Shown here in pieces: positions 8,491 to 16,960 of a stretch of 64,000 nt of DNA (the first letter of the stretch is position 1; each line of letters opens with the position of its first letter). A program made the position numbers and the translations under genes. The stretch lies in contig CAYVLY010000001.1 of assembly GCA_964452565.1 (NCBI GenBank), positions 515,053-579,052 of the forward strand, read 5' to 3'. The stretch comes from an uncultured Gammaproteobacteria bacterium. GTDB taxonomy: Bacteria > Patescibacteriota > Patescibacteriia > UBA9934. The notes beneath the pieces were generated by a model. It was not told the origin of the DNA. It searched no databases and saw nothing but the letters and a program-made list of their open reading frames with translations.

Positions 8491-9507
8491 ATGAACTCGA
8501 TCCATGATGCCTTTACTCCCTTGCACAATCCCGATGCGACCCGCGGGCACATCTTTCTCACCGAGGGTAGACCAATATTCCCGGCCACTATCGATCCTCC
8601 AGTGTTCCCATACTGGAGAGGTGTCAAAGACGGTATCTTCGGCCAAGGCACCCGAGCAAAACAATTCAGTGGTGTGATCATCTTCTCCCTTGAGAAATGG
8701 GAAAAGAAGAGCAGCGCTACTGGATTTGAGGTCGAATGTCACTGGCGCCGCCAGGTCTATCCTCGTGATACTGAGATCCTTTACGCACTTGAAACGGACA
8801 CCTTGGACGGCACGATCTGGGAGCAGCTCAAGCGCGCCATTGGCATGCTTAAAAGAGTTCCCCTGGTTCGAGGCTGCGCGATCGTGATCAAGTTCGGTCA
8901 CCGCGGCGACGAACACCCACCCATTATCGAAATCGTGCCTGACTTCCTGTTTGGCTACGATGTAGTCCAGGAAGAAGTAGTCCAGCAGATCCGCAGACAC
9001 CGTGCTCACGAGGCAAAACTCGGGATCCAACTCTGGAGGGGCGTCCAATCCTTATGGGGAGGCGTTGGGCCAGTATGTCCCGCACCTATCACGCAGCTGC
9101 CTGACCTTTGGGAAGACAGTGACGACATCAGGATTGTCAGCGACAGGCTCGAACTCGTGATGGGCCAATTCCTGCGTCGACTCGAGACCCGTAAGAAGAT
9201 AATCGAACTCATGGCAAAAGCACACATCAAGCCCGCACCTGGAGACAGGCACACGGTCGTTGTACTGGGCGACGATGCTGAGCTGAGAATTACCAGGAGG
9301 ATCATACAGCGAGCAGGTGGGGTCACACGACTTGATCCTGAAGCACAGGACGATCCTCTGCCCATTGAGCCGGATAGTGATCGATTCAAGTTCAGGCCTA
9401 CCAGCGGCACTCCAGAGCTACGCCCCCAAAGGAGGCCGCAGATCGGAAGACGTTTAATCCCCTGGGCGCCGCCACCTCCCAGCATAGAGATCGAAGACGA
9501 CGAGTGA
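8491..9507 (+). CDS. Hypothetical protein
   Basis: 338-aa ORF, GAGGA SD, 3' hairpin/terminator around 9532-9570. Confidence 0.7.
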   Translation: MNSIHDAFTPLHNPDATRGHIFLTEGRPIFPATIDPPVFPYWRGVKDGIFGQGTRAKQFSGVIIFSLEKWEKKSSATGFEVECHWRRQVYPRDTEILYALETDTLDGTIWEQLKRAIGMLKRVPLVRGCAIVIKFGHRGDEHPPIIEIVPDFLFGYDVVQEEVVQQIRRHRAHEAKLGIQLWRGVQSLWGGVGPVCPAPITQLPDLWEDSDDIRIVSDRLELVMGQFLRRLETRKKIIELMAKAHIKPAPGDRHTVVVLGDDAELRITRRIIQRAGGVTRLDPEAQDDPLPIEPDSDRFKFRPTSGTPELRPQRRPQIGRRLIPWAPPPPSIEIEDDE

Positions 9508-9619
9508 TACCCTCGAGTGCCGCTTGTCCCTACCGCCCCCACCTTCTTGGTGCGGGGTGGTTCTGCTTTTATTGACAAAAACACTTTTTTCACGTATTCT
9601 TCTCTCGCAAACCATAGAA

Positions 9620-9694
9620 GGCCCCATCGTCTAGTGGTTAGGACATCAGGTTTTCATCCTGGAAACGGGGGTTCGATTCCCCCTGGGGTCACCA
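9620..9694 (+). tRNA. tRNA-Glu (TTC); integration target
   Basis: Cloverleaf GGCCCCA/TGGGGTC, anticodon loop TTTTCAT, GTTCGATT, CCA; promoter TTGACA-17-TATTCT at 9572-9600. Confidence 0.95.
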
Positions 9695-11201
9695 AAGAGG
9701 ACTCATCCATGTGATGTGTCTTTTTTGTTTGTAAGATTGGCGACAAAGCAGGTGTTTCAAATCCTGAATAGGTGTACACGGGTTTTTCTGGGAAAATCAA
9801 ACTCTGCAACTGCTGTTTTTGCGTGAAGTCGGCGTCAACCCATGTCTTTGGGAGTGTTCCAACGAATCCAAAAACGTAATCAACCGCCTCGTCGATATTG
9901 AATGTTTCCAGCCGCACTTTTGCGAGCTTGGTGTGCTGGTCTGCAATGCGATCTTTTACCTCGGCAAACTCCTCCTTGAAATCATCATCCTCGATCAGTT
10001 CTTTTTTCTTCATTCCAATGAGTGCTTTCTTTTCTTCCTCTATACGATCGAGCTCAACGGTCAGACGTTTACGTTCCTGATTGATTGTTTCGTACTGGTC
10101 GTCCCATACGTCCAAAATAACAGCCTTGAACGCCTTGAGAAACTTTTGTTTGGGAGTGATTTGTTCAAGGTAGTTGAAAAACTCTTGCTCGAGAGTATCT
10201 TTTGGAATTGATTTTACTTTTGTTGGGCACTCTTTGAAGTAACAGCGGTAGTACGGATACTTGTCGCCAGACTTGTTCGTTGAGAACGAAGCGGTCATTG
10301 GACGACCACAAAATCCACAAATCACTTGATGGCGCAGCGGAAACGCATCGTTGCCACGCTTTTTGGCGATCGCATCCTCCTTGCTTGAACCTCTGAGAAG
10401 CGTTTGACACATATTGAATGTTTCCATGCTGACAAGCGGTTCATGCAGTCCTTTGTACTCTTTCCCCTTTGAAACCATGCGCCCTGTGTAAAATACGTTT
10501 CTAACGATCTTTGAAATAAGTTGCGGGGAAATCTTGTTTCCTTGCTCAGTACGCAATCCACGATCATTGACGGCAACTCGCACCTCCTCCAGCGTGTAGA
10601 TGCCTTTTGCAAACTCACCAAAGATCCAGCCCATATGCTCGGCTTTTTCACTGTCAGCTGTGACGATCTTTTCTCCTGCCTTGGTTTTGATGTTTCTGTA
10701 ACCGATGGGAGCTTTCCATTGCCAATATCCTTTTTCGAGTTTAGTCAGCATGCAATCACGGGTGCGCTCTCCACGAATCTGGTTATCAAATTGAGCATTG
10801 GCCGCCATTACGTTACCGATGAACTGACCCGCTGGCGTTTCATCAATGGCTTCTGTTACCGATATGAGCCTGATATTGAGTTTGCTCAGGAGTACCAAGA
10901 TCGTACTATAATCGTTCACGTTTCGTGTCAGACGGTCGACTTTGTAGACAATAATGAAGTCGATGGTTTTGTAGTTCTTCTTGCAGTATTCAAGCATAGC
11001 TTGAAGTCCATCTCGATTTGCCGTCTTAGCCGATACGCCATCATCATGAAACACCTTATCGACGTTACCTTGGATTTCTTTCGCCTTCCTGTGGCACGCA
11101 TTATCCTGCTGCTCCAAGCTGATACCCAAAGCAGCCTGTTCCTCTGTCGAAACACGGTAATAGATGAGGCCATTGAGTTGTAGATCTTGAGTTTCGTTCA
11201 T
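9654..11201 (-). CDS. Large serine recombinase, attL allele (515 aa; C-terminus read from tRNA antisense)
   Basis: YYRVST catalytic Ser, YKVDRLTR, recombinase domain, CGFCG zinc ribbon, coiled coil. Confidence 0.93.
   Translation of the reverse strand: MNETQDLQLNGLIYYRVSTEEQAALGISLEQQDNACHRKAKEIQGNVDKVFHDDGVSAKTANRDGLQAMLEYCKKNYKTIDFIIVYKVDRLTRNVNDYSTILVLLSKLNIRLISVTEAIDETPAGQFIGNVMAANAQFDNQIRGERTRDCMLTKLEKGYWQWKAPIGYRNIKTKAGEKIVTADSEKAEHMGWIFGEFAKGIYTLEEVRVAVNDRGLRTEQGNKISPQLISKIVRNVFYTGRMVSKGKEYKGLHEPLVSMETFNMCQTLLRGSSKEDAIAKKRGNDAFPLRHQVICGFCGRPMTASFSTNKSGDKYPYYRCYFKECPTKVKSIPKDTLEQEFFNYLEQITPKQKFLKAFKAVILDVWDDQYETINQERKRLTVELDRIEEEKKALIGMKKKELIEDDDFKEEFAEVKDRIADQHTKLAKVRLETFNIDEAVDYVFGFVGTLPKTWVDADFTQKQQLQSLIFPEKPVYTYSGFETPALSPILQTKKTHHMDESSLVTPGGIEPPFPG
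9687..9696 (+). repeat. attL core GGTCACCAAA (tRNA-Glu 3' end)
   Basis: Same 10-mer at 17065 and 24443, spaced exactly 7,378 bp. Confidence 0.88.
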
Positions 11202-11339
11202 ATACCAAAAGGAGTGACTCTCCGTTTGAGCTCAACCACCAAACGATGGAAGAAACGGCAGTCACCCCTTTTCATATCACAACGATTGCATTGTGTTGTG
11301 TACGCTTGGAACGTTGAGCTCATACGCATTATGTCATGT

Positions 11340-11510
11340 TTACAGTTGATTTTCAACGGGTGTTTTTACTCCCATTCGTTCTTTTTTCCATTTCTCAAAG
11401 GCGAGGTTTGCAAATTGATATTGAGCATCTCGAAGCTGACGAATCTCATCATCGCTCATACCTTTTGCGTCTTCGCCAAGCAAACGCTTGTACTTCGAGA
11501 GCGCAATCAT
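11340..11510 (-). CDS. 56-aa helical protein upstream of the recombinase (candidate directionality factor); not in ORF track
   Basis: Hand translation MIALSKYKRLLGEDAKGMSDDEIRQLRDAQYQFANLAFEKWKKERMGVKTPVENQL; starts 5 nt after the tyrosine recombinase stop. Confidence 0.65.
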   Translation of the reverse strand: MIALSKYKRLLGEDAKGMSDDEIRQLRDAQYQFANLAFEKWKKERMGVKTPVENQL

Positions 11511-11515
11511 AAATC

Positions 11516-12682
11516 TTACGCATCATTTCCTGATGCGACCTTACGTAGCATTGCTTGTAGCTCATCCTCGCTGATGTTGTATCGCACCTCCCCAGACCCC
11601 CTCTGTACAGCCTCAATCTCACGCATCAACTCGATCTGTCGACTTTCGTCGATATGCCCGTAGCCGTAGGAGCCGAATGTAGTTGCTACATTTTCGTGAC
11701 CAAGGTTCTGGCTTATGGCTTTTTTCTGCTCCTCGGTCAGCGGCTTTTTCATGAACTCCTTGACCAAAAGATGACGCAAGGAGTGAGGATGGTAGTACGG
11801 CTCACCTGCTGCCTTGAAGCGTTTTTCAAAAATCTTTCGAGCAGGGCTTGCGCTCGACCAGTAGACAGGCTCAACTTCCCCCGTGCTGTAATAACTGATG
11901 TTTTCTTTTCCGTTTTCCACCTTGGTGGCAGGAAACAATGGGTCATTCTCCTTGAATCCACGTTCATCTTTGAGATATTCAAACCATGACAAGAAGTATG
12001 TTTGTGCTTCTTTGTATTCAAGTGGGAATAAAGCCGTTGCAATCCGCTTTGAGAACTTGGTTTTGACACCAAGGTTTGGGTCTTGGTCAACCACCATGTC
12101 AACGGGGTCAAACGAGCCCAGAGGCAAGCTCACGATTGCTGAAATGCGTGCCCCTGTCAGCAGGGTAAAGCTCAAGAGAGCCTTGTCACGCATGTCGATT
12201 TCGTTTTTTGGTTCAATCGCTTCAATGACCTTTTTTACCTGTTCCATTGTGGGAATCTTGCGTCGTTTGCTTTGAAGCGCTTGACGAGACTCCTTTTTGC
12301 CAAGTGATAAGTACCCAATATCTGTTTCTTGGATGGCCTGCCGATACCCCTCCTGCCTTGAGAGCCAGTCGAAGAAACCACGTAACTTGCGTAGAGTGTG
12401 GTACTGGTAGCTGATACTTACATTTCCACCTCGCTTGCTTTGGCGAGTGGCGAGCCACGTCTTGAACTCAACAGCACGTTTCTTGTTGAACAGATGAAAA
12501 TCCGCTTCATCCGTAAAGTCCTGCCATTGTAGAATGGCTCCTTCATACGTCGTGATGGAGCTCTGCGAAAAGCCCTTGGACTGCTTGAGGTAGTCGAAAT
12601 ACTTTCGCTTCATCAGCTCGTTTTCATAACGCACTTCTTCCTTCGTTTTTGTGGGTTTTGTGTTGTTTGTAGATTGGGACAT
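11516..12682 (-). CDS. Tyrosine recombinase/integrase
   Basis: TGAR, HSLRH, LGH, candidate catalytic Tyr in TTFGSYG. Confidence 0.9.
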   Translation of the reverse strand: MSQSTNNTKPTKTKEEVRYENELMKRKYFDYLKQSKGFSQSSITTYEGAILQWQDFTDEADFHLFNKKRAVEFKTWLATRQSKRGGNVSISYQYHTLRKLRGFFDWLSRQEGYRQAIQETDIGYLSLGKKESRQALQSKRRKIPTMEQVKKVIEAIEPKNEIDMRDKALLSFTLLTGARISAIVSLPLGSFDPVDMVVDQDPNLGVKTKFSKRIATALFPLEYKEAQTYFLSWFEYLKDERGFKENDPLFPATKVENGKENISYYSTGEVEPVYWSSASPARKIFEKRFKAAGEPYYHPHSLRHLLVKEFMKKPLTEEQKKAISQNLGHENVATTFGSYGYGHIDESRQIELMREIEAVQRGSGEVRYNISEDELQAMLRKVASGNDA

Positions 12683-12687
12683 ATAGC

Positions 12688-13107
12688 TTATGTGTGAGAG
12701 AATCCGTTAGTCCTTTCGGGAGAGGTTTTGAGTAGGCGAGATATTTTGCTGCCGCACGCCTCACACAGACCCGTTCTGCGATACTGTTCGAGGTTGTTTT
12801 TCCCTATCCGCTTGCCCGTTTTTTCTATTCGTTCGGTACCTTCTTTTGGCCTGACACCTTGGCCGCAGGAAAAGCAGAGGAGTTCATCTGGCTTGAGCTT
12901 CTGCTTCCTGTCGTTTCGTCGAGCTTTGAGAAAGTCGTAAAGCACCTGTCCATCAAAGAGCAGAGGCTTCTTGTTGGACATCATGGGTGCAAGCCCTTGC
13001 TTCATCCATCGCTGTACAGTTTTTCGACCAATACCCAACTCGGCGACAATCTCATTGATGTCGTAGCTATGGCGTTTTTTGATCTTGTTGAGCTGGTACC
13101 GCTTCAT
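12688..13107 (-). CDS. HTH DNA-binding protein with zinc ribbon
   Basis: SYDINEIVAELGIGRKTVQRW..GL HTH; CFSC..CEAC; start set at MKRYQ. Confidence 0.8.
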   Translation of the reverse strand: MKRYQLNKIKKRHSYDINEIVAELGIGRKTVQRWMKQGLAPMMSNKKPLLFDGQVLYDFLKARRNDRKQKLKPDELLCFSCGQGVRPKEGTERIEKTGKRIGKNNLEQYRRTGLCEACGSKISRLLKTSPERTNGFSHT

Positions 13108-13303
13108 GACTTTGAAAGTTCTGGAGAGGCTTTCCCATCTCCGTACCTTTATGCAGCCGTTCAAGTGGAGTCGCTGTCAAATCTTTGGGGGTGTGAACAA
13201 AACAAACAAAAAATCCCCATGTTTTACGGGGTTTTTGTGTTTGGGTTATCGACGCTTTACCTTTGTTCAAGTATCGACTTGAACGACCACTTGAACGAGT
13301 GTT

Positions 13304-14278
13304 CTATGTACAGCAATCGAGACGGGGGTTGAGTCGATAGCGACTACGACCCTTCTTATCAAAAACCGTCTTTGTGCCGTACTCCAATGCTACGTCGTTT
13401 ATCTGTTTTTTGTATGTTGAAATCGTGCGCTTGTTACCGCTTGCAAACTTATCTGCCAAAACACTCAACTCGACCGATGGGTCATCCTTGGTTCGTGCGT
13501 TGAAAAGATACTCAATCATGTAAACGGTCGGCTGATACAGCGATAGTCTCCCTGCAAAGCGTCCTCGCCCAACCTGCTTGAATAGCAGTTCTTTGTCCTT
13601 TCTCGCCAGAACGATGTCTTTGTCCAGCACAATGGAATCTTCGCCATCAATGGCGTAATCCTGCTGGAAATATGTTGCCTCTGCGACAGCATCAATCTCT
13701 ATACCATTTTCATCAATGTCTGCGATAAGTTCCAGTACGGGAACGGCATGGATATGAAGCGAAGCTGCCTTGTTGTTTGGATCGGCAAGAAATAGCAGGG
13801 TTGGACTACTGCGTGCGATGATGCTTGCCAGATATTCTTCACGCAAGTCATTGAGGTTGGCCACAAAAAAGATGGCTCGTGCGGCACCTGTTATTTCCAT
13901 GGCACCCACATTCCAAAACAAACCACTTTGCTTGAGGTGCGCCTCGGTGAGCTCAACGCCCTCTGCGTCAAGAAACAAGGCAAGAAACCGCCGAACATTC
14001 AAACTGTATGCGTGGCGATCTTCTGGCTTGAGGTACTGTCGATCCGTATCTTTCGAGCAGGCTACAAACAGGCGTTCCTCATCTTGTTGTACTGGAAGCA
14101 GGTGCCCGTCATAGCACGACGTGCATAAAGCCTCACTCCTTCGTGCGGTAGTTTGAATCAAGCCGAGTTTGGTCAAAAACTCCGTCACCTCATTTCCAAC
14201 AAGCTCAACCAATACAGAGCGATCCACTTGTGTGCTGGCACCGAAAAGCTGTAGCCCCTGTCGTAGATCGTTTCTCAT
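13304..14278 (-). CDS. Hypothetical protein (CxxC motif, possible C-terminal wHTH)
   Basis: 324-aa ORF translationally coupled to the upstream gene (ATGA overlap). Confidence 0.7.
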   Translation of the reverse strand: MRNDLRQGLQLFGASTQVDRSVLVELVGNEVTEFLTKLGLIQTTARRSEALCTSCYDGHLLPVQQDEERLFVACSKDTDRQYLKPEDRHAYSLNVRRFLALFLDAEGVELTEAHLKQSGLFWNVGAMEITGAARAIFFVANLNDLREEYLASIIARSSPTLLFLADPNNKAASLHIHAVPVLELIADIDENGIEIDAVAEATYFQQDYAIDGEDSIVLDKDIVLARKDKELLFKQVGRGRFAGRLSLYQPTVYMIEYLFNARTKDDPSVELSVLADKFASGNKRTISTYKKQINDVALEYGTKTVFDKKGRSRYRLNPRLDCCT

Positions 14279-15435
14279 ACCTCATTCACGGTATCAATAC
14301 CCCACTTGATGAGGAGCTTCCGCACCAACATGTCTTGCTCTCGGCTTTTGAGATTATGCCCTTTGCCATGCGTTACATCGAAGGTCACAGGGCGCCTTTT
14401 TCCGTTGATTTTGAAAACGACTTTGATTTTGGCTTGAAGAATATCAAAGAAATCAAAGTTGATATTGCGATACTGGAGCATTTCTTTCATGCTTTCAACG
14501 CCACCTTTTGCATCTGATCCAATGGTCAAGTACACCTTGCTCCCATTCGGACGAAATCGCAGGCTCATTGCCTTGAGTTGAACTGATTCGACGTTTTCTT
14601 CCTCCGCTATGGTCAGCGGATCAGGGTCGAGTGATTTGAGTACGTCGAGCCTATATGAGCTTGTTTTACAGTCTTCATAACGCAGACTCCACACATCTTC
14701 AATAACGGCACGTTGCAACCCCTCAACCTTTGTTTGTCCGCCCTTGACTTTCACTTCGAGTTTATTTCCGTTCAGCCAGTATTGAATATACGCTCGTAGA
14801 ATAGGACGTCTTGGCGTATCAGGTTTGAGCTTATCATCTGTCTCAAACTTCAAGTCGTTTACAAAGCGGTCTTCTACATAGGCGACCATGCACAAGCGGT
14901 CAGGTTTTTCGATGAGCTTGATTTTGCACCGTGTCTTTCGTCGACCAAATGTGAACATGTTCTGAATAGACTGTTCAAGTGTCGTGACGCCGTTGGTCAA
15001 AGTCGCCACTTCAACATCTGGGATGACAACACTTTTCCAGCTGCAAATGTTATCGAGCGCATGTTCGTCAACCGAAGTATGGAAAATGTCCTCGTGATTG
15101 ATAAAGAACCACAAGGCTCGGGAGTGATGATTGGGGAGTTCGTCGTACACCTTCCAGTCCACGGACTTTTGCAAGCGTTCTGCGGTTTTTTGTAGATACG
15201 CTACGGAAGCCCAGCCAGACATGTCGCTGATGTCATTGAGTGCCGTGAGAACCTCACCATGCTTTTGCTCATCCTGCGTATCGACTACCACCAAAAATCG
15301 GTCAGCACGAGCTTCATCTTCTTCATCGTCGTGTATAATAAAATCCAACTCCAACTTTTTGGCGAACTCACCAAGGAGTGCGGGGTCAAACTTCATCAAT
15401 AACGATGATGGATCAAAACTTCCTGTACCAGCCAT
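14275..15435 (-). CDS. Hypothetical protein
   Basis: ~386-aa ORF; no motif recognised. Confidence 0.7.
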   Translation of the reverse strand: MAGTGSFDPSSLLMKFDPALLGEFAKKLELDFIIHDDEEDEARADRFLVVVDTQDEQKHGEVLTALNDISDMSGWASVAYLQKTAERLQKSVDWKVYDELPNHHSRALWFFINHEDIFHTSVDEHALDNICSWKSVVIPDVEVATLTNGVTTLEQSIQNMFTFGRRKTRCKIKLIEKPDRLCMVAYVEDRFVNDLKFETDDKLKPDTPRRPILRAYIQYWLNGNKLEVKVKGGQTKVEGLQRAVIEDVWSLRYEDCKTSSYRLDVLKSLDPDPLTIAEEENVESVQLKAMSLRFRPNGSKVYLTIGSDAKGGVESMKEMLQYRNINFDFFDILQAKIKVVFKINGKRRPVTFDVTHGKGHNLKSREQDMLVRKLLIKWGIDTVNEV

Positions 15436-15475
15436 ATGTTGCAAAGATTTGTCAACTTATGGTAACTTACCAAAT

Positions 15476-15676
15476 ATGCAAGATCGGTCAACTCCACGAG
15501 AGACAAAAAAGCTCCCAGAGTTGTTGACTCTCAAAGAGGCGGCTGATTTGTTGCATTGTCACCCGAATACGTTGCGTAACTGGGACAACAAGGGCATCCT
15601 TGTTGCCGTGCGTCTGGGGTCACTGGGTGATCGCAGGTACAAAAAGCAAGACATATTGAAACTGATGGAGAAATAA
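15476..15676 (+). CDS. Excisionase/MerR-type HTH protein
   Basis: LLTLKEAADLLHCHPNTLRNWDNKG..GDRRY; start set at MQDRS. Confidence 0.85.
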   Translation: MQDRSTPRETKKLPELLTLKEAADLLHCHPNTLRNWDNKGILVAVRLGSLGDRRYKKQDILKLMEK

Positions 15677-15686
15677 AAGATGAGGT

Positions 15687-16460
15687 ATGCAGGTCGAACA
15701 AAGTAAGAATCTTGATCAGCAATTTTGTGAACATGGAAACTTCCTATTTTCATGTCCAGAATGTAAAGAAAGAGGTAGGGATATAATTTTGAGAATAGCT
15801 GACAGGAGATCGGTGCCTGATACTGAACAGGTTGAAAAAGTCAGGAATCACATTGAGAAGGTGGTACTGGGCGCTCTTTCAATGTTTGTTTCAAGGTTCG
15901 AGACTTATTGCAGAAAAGGAAACGAACTCGAGATTGTCATAGTTGATGCGACCGATCAAGATTTTGGTTCTGGAGAAGTGAAAGGTACTACTATTGACAT
16001 CCCGTTGTTAGAAGAGGAAAGGATGAGCTTCATTTTGCAAAGAATGGTTGAGAAATCTGATGACATTACGAAAAAACAACTCGAAAACATTGGTATTGCT
16101 ATCACTTGTTCGACGATATTACACGAAGCAATACATAGTTTTTTGGAGTCAAAGCCACACTCGAGTCTTCATGAAAAGATAGAAGCAATGAGTAGTATTC
16201 CTGATCCAGAAGGGATATTTTCCACACTATGCGATGAAGCCATTGCATATTCCATGCAATCCATTTTTTCAGAAACTATAGAGCCCTTTGGAAATACTGC
16301 TCCAAGAGTTGACCAAGATAAGGAAGCTAGTCTGGTCGCTGTAAGAAAAAAACTAGGTATGGCCATCGAAAAAGATATGCGAAAGGTGTTATATGGAAGG
16401 CTGGACACAGAATCATTCTTTGATATTCTTATACAAAAAGCAAAAACACTAACTCAATAA
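15687..16460 (+). CDS. Hypothetical protein with HExxH (possible zinc metallopeptidase)
   Basis: LHEAIH plus downstream DEAIAY; N-terminal CxH..CxxC. Confidence 0.65.
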   Translation: MQVEQSKNLDQQFCEHGNFLFSCPECKERGRDIILRIADRRSVPDTEQVEKVRNHIEKVVLGALSMFVSRFETYCRKGNELEIVIVDATDQDFGSGEVKGTTIDIPLLEEERMSFILQRMVEKSDDITKKQLENIGIAITCSTILHEAIHSFLESKPHSSLHEKIEAMSSIPDPEGIFSTLCDEAIAYSMQSIFSETIEPFGNTAPRVDQDKEASLVAVRKKLGMAIEKDMRKVLYGRLDTESFFDILIQKAKTLTQ

Positions 16461-16471
16461 CAACAATATCT

Positions 16472-16960
16472 ATGTCAGAGACACGACGTGGACAAGAGCA
16501 TTCCCCCGATTCAGCAAACGAAATAGTCGAATTGCAACGAGAACAGATGAAACAAAACTTTGATGAAATTGCAGTAAAAGCCTTGTTCCAGTTGAGGAGA
16601 AGTTTGTTAGGGAAAGATTATCGAAACTTGCCCAATTTGAGAGCGCTTCCTGAACCGTTTGAACCAAACGCAGATATATCACATGATACACTCATGAAAA
16701 TATCATCTGATTTTATTACAGAAATGAGGTTGCAAATATCAGCTATCATTGCGGAGGCAACGAGAAGATTATCTTTGTATGATCAAAAGAAACAAGAGTA
16801 TCCAATTGATGCAAACATGGCACTTGAGGAGGTCTTGATTGAAAAAGCTTTTGATTTCTTGCGAGACCAAAAAAGAATAATCAGCAACAACCGCGGTACA
16901 CTTGGTGGATGGATGAAGACAATAGTAGAAAGAGAGAAAAATATAGTTGAGCATGACTAG
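16472..16960 (+). CDS. Hypothetical protein
   Basis: 162-aa AT-rich ORF following the HExxH gene. Confidence 0.65.
   Translation: MSETRRGQEHSPDSANEIVELQREQMKQNFDEIAVKALFQLRRSLLGKDYRNLPNLRALPEPFEPNADISHDTLMKISSDFITEMRLQISAIIAEATRRLSLYDQKKQEYPIDANMALEEVLIEKAFDFLRDQKRIISNNRGTLGGWMKTIVEREKNIVEHD

Noticed and set aside
6985-9593. Long antisense ORFs over GC-rich genes (also near 37102 and 53567-54530)
   Set aside because: Shadow ORFs caused by high GC3; promoters, SD and terminators support the + strand genes.
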